Shown here: one piece after another, positions 60,912-64,000 of the stretch
Layout: the number at the start of each line of letters is the position of its first letter
Position numbering within the stretch: the stretch's first letter is position 1
From: Bacteroidales bacterium
Lineage (GTDB): Bacteria > Bacteroidota > Bacteroidia > Bacteroidales > ML635J-15
Assembly (NCBI GenBank): GCA_017620015.1
Contig: JAFZRE010000007.1
Coordinates: 12,129 to 76,128 of the forward strand
Direction of reading: 5' to 3'
Length of the DNA stretch: 64,000 nucleotides
Translations under genes and position numbers: made by a program
Notes under the pieces: generated by a model
What the model was told of the DNA's origin: nothing
Databases searched by the model: none
Seen by the model: the letters and a program-made list of their open reading frames with translations, nothing else

Positions 60912-60944
60912 AAAATGCGGGTGTAAACCATCCGCATTTTTTTC
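60912..60944 (+). terminator. terminator after the HMA gene
   Basis: Stem AAAATGCGG (60912-60920) pairs with CCGCATTTT (60932-60940) and continues into a T-run. Confidence 0.65.
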
Positions 60945-60946
60945 AA

Positions 60947-61312
60947 ATGAAAGCAACTTTCAAAATATTGTCGCTTTGCCTTACGCTTCTGATTCTTACC
61001 AGAAGTGCCTCGCTGTACGCATTCTGCACCAACGAAAACGCATTCGTAAGCAAAAGCCAGAAGACGGAACTGCTTGTCGCACAGAACGACAATTATACGC
61101 TCGTCATTACCGACAGAACCAAGGTAATAGACAACAGCCAGCCGCAGAAAAGCAGATTCGGCAGTTCCCCACTCGACTATCACAACATACTGATTGACAA
61201 GGCAAATACGACAATACGATTTTCTCAATCGGTCACATTCCAGACCAAGACCGAAAATAAAGCGATTTTCAAAGAGCATTATCTGACATTTCCATTCCAT
61301 AATTTTTACTGA
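60947..61312 (+). CDS. hypothetical small secreted protein
   Basis: 121 aa with a plausible signal peptide MKATFKILSLCLTLLILTRSASLYA. The ATG sits 2 nt after a terminator T-run, so expression is uncertain. Confidence 0.4.
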   Translation: MKATFKILSLCLTLLILTRSASLYAFCTNENAFVSKSQKTELLVAQNDNYTLVITDRTKVIDNSQPQKSRFGSSPLDYHNILIDKANTTIRFSQSVTFQTKTENKAIFKEHYLTFPFHNFY

Positions 61313-61328
61313 TAAGGGGAAAAACGCC

Positions 61329-61354
61329 CCTTCGACTGACGCTCAGGGTGCGAA
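61329..61354. repeat. solo arm of the dispersed palindromic element (inverted relative to 59473-59498)
   Basis: CCTTCGACTGACGCTCAGGGTGCGAA is the reverse complement of 59473-59498 with 1 mismatch. Confidence 0.7.
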
Positions 61355-61361
61355 GAATAAC

Positions 61362-61532
61362 CGTCATTCCACAAGTCAGAACATACACGCGATACTGAAA
61401 GTGGAGCGTTGTAATGTTCGACTATGCGGAATCTCCATAAAAAACGCATTAGGATAGCAATTAGGAGATTCCGCATAGACAGGCTCACAAGACACGTTCC
61501 TTAGTCTGTTCGCTTTGTCTTACGGAATGACG
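61362..61532. repeat. nested palindromic intergenic element
   Basis: Outer arms are CGTCATTCC (61362-61370) and GGAATGACG (61524-61532). The inner stem is a perfect 15 bp: CTATGCGGAATCTCC (61422-61436) pairing with GGAGATTCCGCATAG (61464-61478). Confidence 0.65.
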
Positions 61533-61579
61533 AAAAAAAACGCATAATCAATTATTAATCAGTAAAAAAACAAAAAAAA

Positions 61580-62032
61580 ATGGATAGCAATATAATTTTA
61601 GGTATCGCAATCACGATAGCAGTGATTATACCAGTAGTAATACTTGCCACATCTGGCAAGAGAAAACAAAAGAGAAGCATTGAAAAATTCAGAAAGTTTG
61701 CCACAAGCAACGGTCTTGACCTCAGCGAGTTCGACTGCTGCGACCTCGGCTTAATCGGCATCGACAGCAATGCGAAGAAACTTGCCTACCTGCCCAAAGG
61801 CGGCGACGGCATAATCATCGACCTGCACGATGCAAAAAGCTGCAACAGCCGTACCTCGTCGGAAAACACACAAGGCGACATTATCGACAAGCTCGTGATT
61901 GACATTGAGTTCAAGGAAGGCAGAGGAACTAAGATTCTGCCGTTGTTCTCATCGGAAAATAAACTTGTCCTTGATGCAGAAAAGGTAATTACCGAAAAGT
62001 GGAACAAGACGATTGAGGCAAACCTGGCGTAA
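61580..62032 (+). CDS. hypothetical membrane-anchored protein
   Basis: 150 aa with an N-terminal TM helix (IILGIAITIAVIIPVVILA), followed by a KR-rich stop-transfer segment and a ~110-aa soluble domain. A strong hairpin follows the gene. Confidence 0.5.
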   Translation: MDSNIILGIAITIAVIIPVVILATSGKRKQKRSIEKFRKFATSNGLDLSEFDCCDLGLIGIDSNAKKLAYLPKGGDGIIIDLHDAKSCNSRTSSENTQGDIIDKLVIDIEFKEGRGTKILPLFSSENKLVLDAEKVITEKWNKTIEANLA

Positions 62033-62057
62033 ATTTAACAGAAGAGATATATCCATT

Positions 62058-62087
62058 TGTAGCGGCGCAATGTGTTGCGCCGCTACA
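62058..62087. terminator. perfect 13-bp hairpin between convergent genes
   Basis: TGTAGCGGCGCAA (62058-62070), loop TGTG, TTGCGCCGCTACA (62075-62087). There is no clear T-run on either side. Confidence 0.5.
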
Positions 62088-62088
62088 T

Positions 62089-62130
62089 AATTATCAATTA
62101 TCAATTATCAATTGTCCATTGTTAATTGTT
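62089..62130. repeat. 7-bp tandem repeat (AATTATC x3 plus 3 degenerate units)
   Basis: The units are AATTATC AATTATC AATTATC AATTGTC CATTGTT AATTGTT, directly abutting the stop of the 588-aa lipoprotein gene. Confidence 0.7.
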
Positions 62131-62131
62131 T

Positions 62132-63898
62132 TCATTTCCTTTTCTTCTTGGACTGAAAGCAGACAGGACGAATTGAACGTCCATTGCAACGGTAGTGAAA
62201 GCTGTAGTTGTGCACGTAGTAACCGTCCGAATAGAAATCAAGATACAACGCGTAGGTCGGATAATAGTCCGCGTAGAGAGAACTCGACCAGTAGTAACCG
62301 CCGGAACCATTGTTATCGAAACTGCTACCGCTGTGGTAGCCAACAGCGGGCAGGAAAATAGAATTACCATTGGTTCTGCTTGTAAAAAGCATTCCATTTA
62401 CACCATTCATCGCAGTCCAAGCTGTATCACAATTATCTATCAGTTCCTGCATTTCGTCATGTGTTGGCATTCTCCAGTTACCGCCCCAGTTAACAGATGC
62501 TGCATCATCACTTGCATCCAAAGTTGTAAGCGAATCGGTATAACCATCCAAACCGTAACTTTCATCATTGCAATATTTTGTTAATGCTGCAGAATCGCCA
62601 TTGCAATATTGGTATGTTTCCCAGTCATAAGTATCCTTTGTTTCCGTTTCACCCCAAGCGTAATAATTGCCATAATCAGTCGGGCTATTTGCGCCAATAT
62701 TAGTATAAGCCCACAAAGTACCGCTTGGCAAGCCCAAATCAACATAGCCGTAATCGCCAAAATAACCAGTCGGTTGGCTATAGGAAGGCTCTTGTACCGA
62801 ACTTGGCACAATAAATTGTTCAGTCACACTTTCTATCAACCCATTTGGTGTCTTTACATATGCCCTATAATAATATGTTGTGGTCTGCAATCCAGACAAC
62901 ACATACGAGAACGGCTGGCTTGTTTCTCGGCATATTAAAGAGTCACCAAGCTGATATTCGCTGAAACCATACACAAATCCACATTCATAGACTTCAGAAT
63001 TGCCAGCATAATATGCCGTCAAGGTTACGGTATCGCCATTCCAGTAAGGCTCGTCCAGATATATGTAATCTTCCATTAGCAGACCGCTTTCCGAAATCGT
63101 CATGCTTACCACAGGACTATGTATCACAGTTGGCACGGAATCGCCATCGTCCATACGCAAAGTTGCAAGTGCCACAACCGAATATTCAGCAGAATCAAGG
63201 TCATACATTTCCATCCGTCCGACAAACCTATTCGTTTCATTATAATCAAGTTCCGCATCTACAAGGTCATAATCACCATTGTCAAACAAATCCTGATATT
63301 CAACATCGGAAATAATCCGCCTTGACCAAAAACGGTTCTCCTCGTCACTTAACTGGCCACGCTTCACAACAAAGGCATATTGCTCCAACATCTCTGCACC
63401 TTCAATCACTTCGCCGTAAAGCAACACGCCCTCCCCATCAAATTCTGCGGTAGAACTCACAATAATGCGCGGATAACCAGCAGAAAGTTCTATGTCAATG
63501 TCAAGCACGACATAATCTTCCGACAAGTACAGCAAATTAGCAGGGTCAGACATTCCAGTCAGCATATCGCCTTGGATTACAGCCGTAACACCTACCCAAA
63601 AGCCTACCTCACGGCGCACATATATGTTTTCGAGAACCGTCGGGTCGTTAGTAAAACGTCCATCTCCATCAGAATCAACGAAATGGCAGTTGTATCCTAT
63701 TGTATCTTCCGTACTGTAGTATATTGTCACACGCGCATCAAACGATTCGACTGCACCCTTTCTGGCAATCTTGCTACCACGCTTCAAATTAATGTTAAGC
63801 ACCCCGACGTTACCAAAGTCCACAGGATCCTTATGGCAACCAGTAAATGCAAATATTACAGCAAATAATACCGCAGCAAGCAGATATAATCTTTTCAT
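62132..63898 (-). CDS. lipoprotein with a C-terminal FISUMP/DUF1566-like domain
   Basis: 588 aa with the lipobox AFTGC. The C-terminal part reads YYAWGETE...GGNWRMPTHDEMQELIDNC...NGNSIFLPAVGYHSG...GYYWSSSL...CNGRSIRPV, the pattern of that paralogous domain. The middle region is FN3-like. Confidence 0.8.
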   Translation of the reverse strand: MKRLYLLAAVLFAVIFAFTGCHKDPVDFGNVGVLNINLKRGSKIARKGAVESFDARVTIYYSTEDTIGYNCHFVDSDGDGRFTNDPTVLENIYVRREVGFWVGVTAVIQGDMLTGMSDPANLLYLSEDYVVLDIDIELSAGYPRIIVSSTAEFDGEGVLLYGEVIEGAEMLEQYAFVVKRGQLSDEENRFWSRRIISDVEYQDLFDNGDYDLVDAELDYNETNRFVGRMEMYDLDSAEYSVVALATLRMDDGDSVPTVIHSPVVSMTISESGLLMEDYIYLDEPYWNGDTVTLTAYYAGNSEVYECGFVYGFSEYQLGDSLICRETSQPFSYVLSGLQTTTYYYRAYVKTPNGLIESVTEQFIVPSSVQEPSYSQPTGYFGDYGYVDLGLPSGTLWAYTNIGANSPTDYGNYYAWGETETKDTYDWETYQYCNGDSAALTKYCNDESYGLDGYTDSLTTLDASDDAASVNWGGNWRMPTHDEMQELIDNCDTAWTAMNGVNGMLFTSRTNGNSIFLPAVGYHSGSSFDNNGSGGYYWSSSLYADYYPTYALYLDFYSDGYYVHNYSFHYRCNGRSIRPVCFQSKKKRK

Positions 63899-63907
63899 CC
63901 AAAATTT

Positions 63908-64000
63908 CTAATAATAAACTATTTTTCGTTTTACAACAGCTTCTCCCGCCTTCAATTCCGTCCAGTTGCCCTGCTCGTCCTTCGTTACAATCTCAACATC
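63908..64000 (-). CDS. 3' end of an upstream minus-strand ORF (partial; product unknown)
   Basis: This is the only open frame at the right edge: ...DVEIVTKDEQGNWTELKAGEAVVKRKIVYY* with a TAG stop at 63908-63910, 9 nt before the lipoprotein ATG. Confidence 0.35.
   Translation of the reverse strand, partial: DVEIVTKDEQGNWTELKAGEAVVKRKIVYY

Noticed and set aside
59473-61354. Invertible DNA segment (cobB-HMA) bounded by the inverted 26-mers
   Set aside because: There is no recombinase or invertase gene nearby. The 26-mers belong to a dispersed repeat family rather than being a unique pair. The promoter of the HMA gene lies inside the segment, so inversion would have no obvious switching effect. 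It is kept only as something long reads could test.
1-64000. tRNA, rRNA, tmRNA, riboswitch, prophage, IS or integrase content
   Set aside because: I scanned all spacers longer than 100 nt by eye (3688-3873, 9644-9836, 25883-26130, 39799-40237, 41858-42010, 45593-45798, 46993-47124, 48202-48498, 56476-56624, 59376-59611, 61313-61579). I found only hairpins and repeats. There was no cloverleaf-like structure and no conserved riboswitch core that I could recognise. A covariance-model scan would be needed to exclude these formally.

Overview
This 64-kb chromosomal window looks like a T9SS-bearing Bacteroidota (Bacteroidales-like) genome. The evidence is Bacteroides-type TAnnTTTG -7 boxes in front of most operons, an rpoN gene, a CarboxypepD_reg-type TonB-dependent receptor, and both classes of type IX secretion C-terminal sorting domain. 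I count about 45 protein-coding genes. I saw no rRNA, tRNA, CRISPR array, integrase, transposase or phage genes.

Housekeeping genes (trxA-sufE-DUF59, ftsX, tsaC, fsa, typA, rimO, asnS-rpoN, pepA, cobB) are interleaved with surface and accessory content.

The dominant feature is a 28-kb minus-strand block (11778-39798) with two back-to-back giant ORFs:
- The first is 4501 aa. It contains a MAM-like domain, a CUB-like domain, a duplicated unknown module with Big_2 domains, a split P-domain, He_PIG-like repeats, 17 Ig-like repeats, SprB repeats and a type B T9SS CTD.
- The second is 4555 aa. It contains a NIDO-like N-terminus, 11 MAM/choice-of-anchor-J-like modules, about 13 FN3 domains, 9 InlB-B-like repeats and a type A CTD.
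- A 195-aa unknown secreted protein is co-transcribed with the first giant gene. No PorP/SprF-type partner gene is adjacent.

Other points worth a second look:
- a secreted thioredoxin-fold protein fused to adhesin modules (partial, at the left edge);
- an Ig-repeat T9SS cargo gene translationally coupled to ftsX;
- a fic gene bracketed by hairpin-containing direct repeats, with a remnant of a second fic 3' end;
- a dispersed palindromic (REP/MITE-like) element family;
- a phased ATTYRCCCC array in the 440-nt spacer next to giant gene 2;
- a His/Cys-rich protein, TonB-dependent receptor and HMA metallochaperone locus interrupted by a zinc-less sirtuin.

All family assignments come from reading motifs by eye; no searches were run. 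Small-feature coordinates may be off by 1-2 nt.
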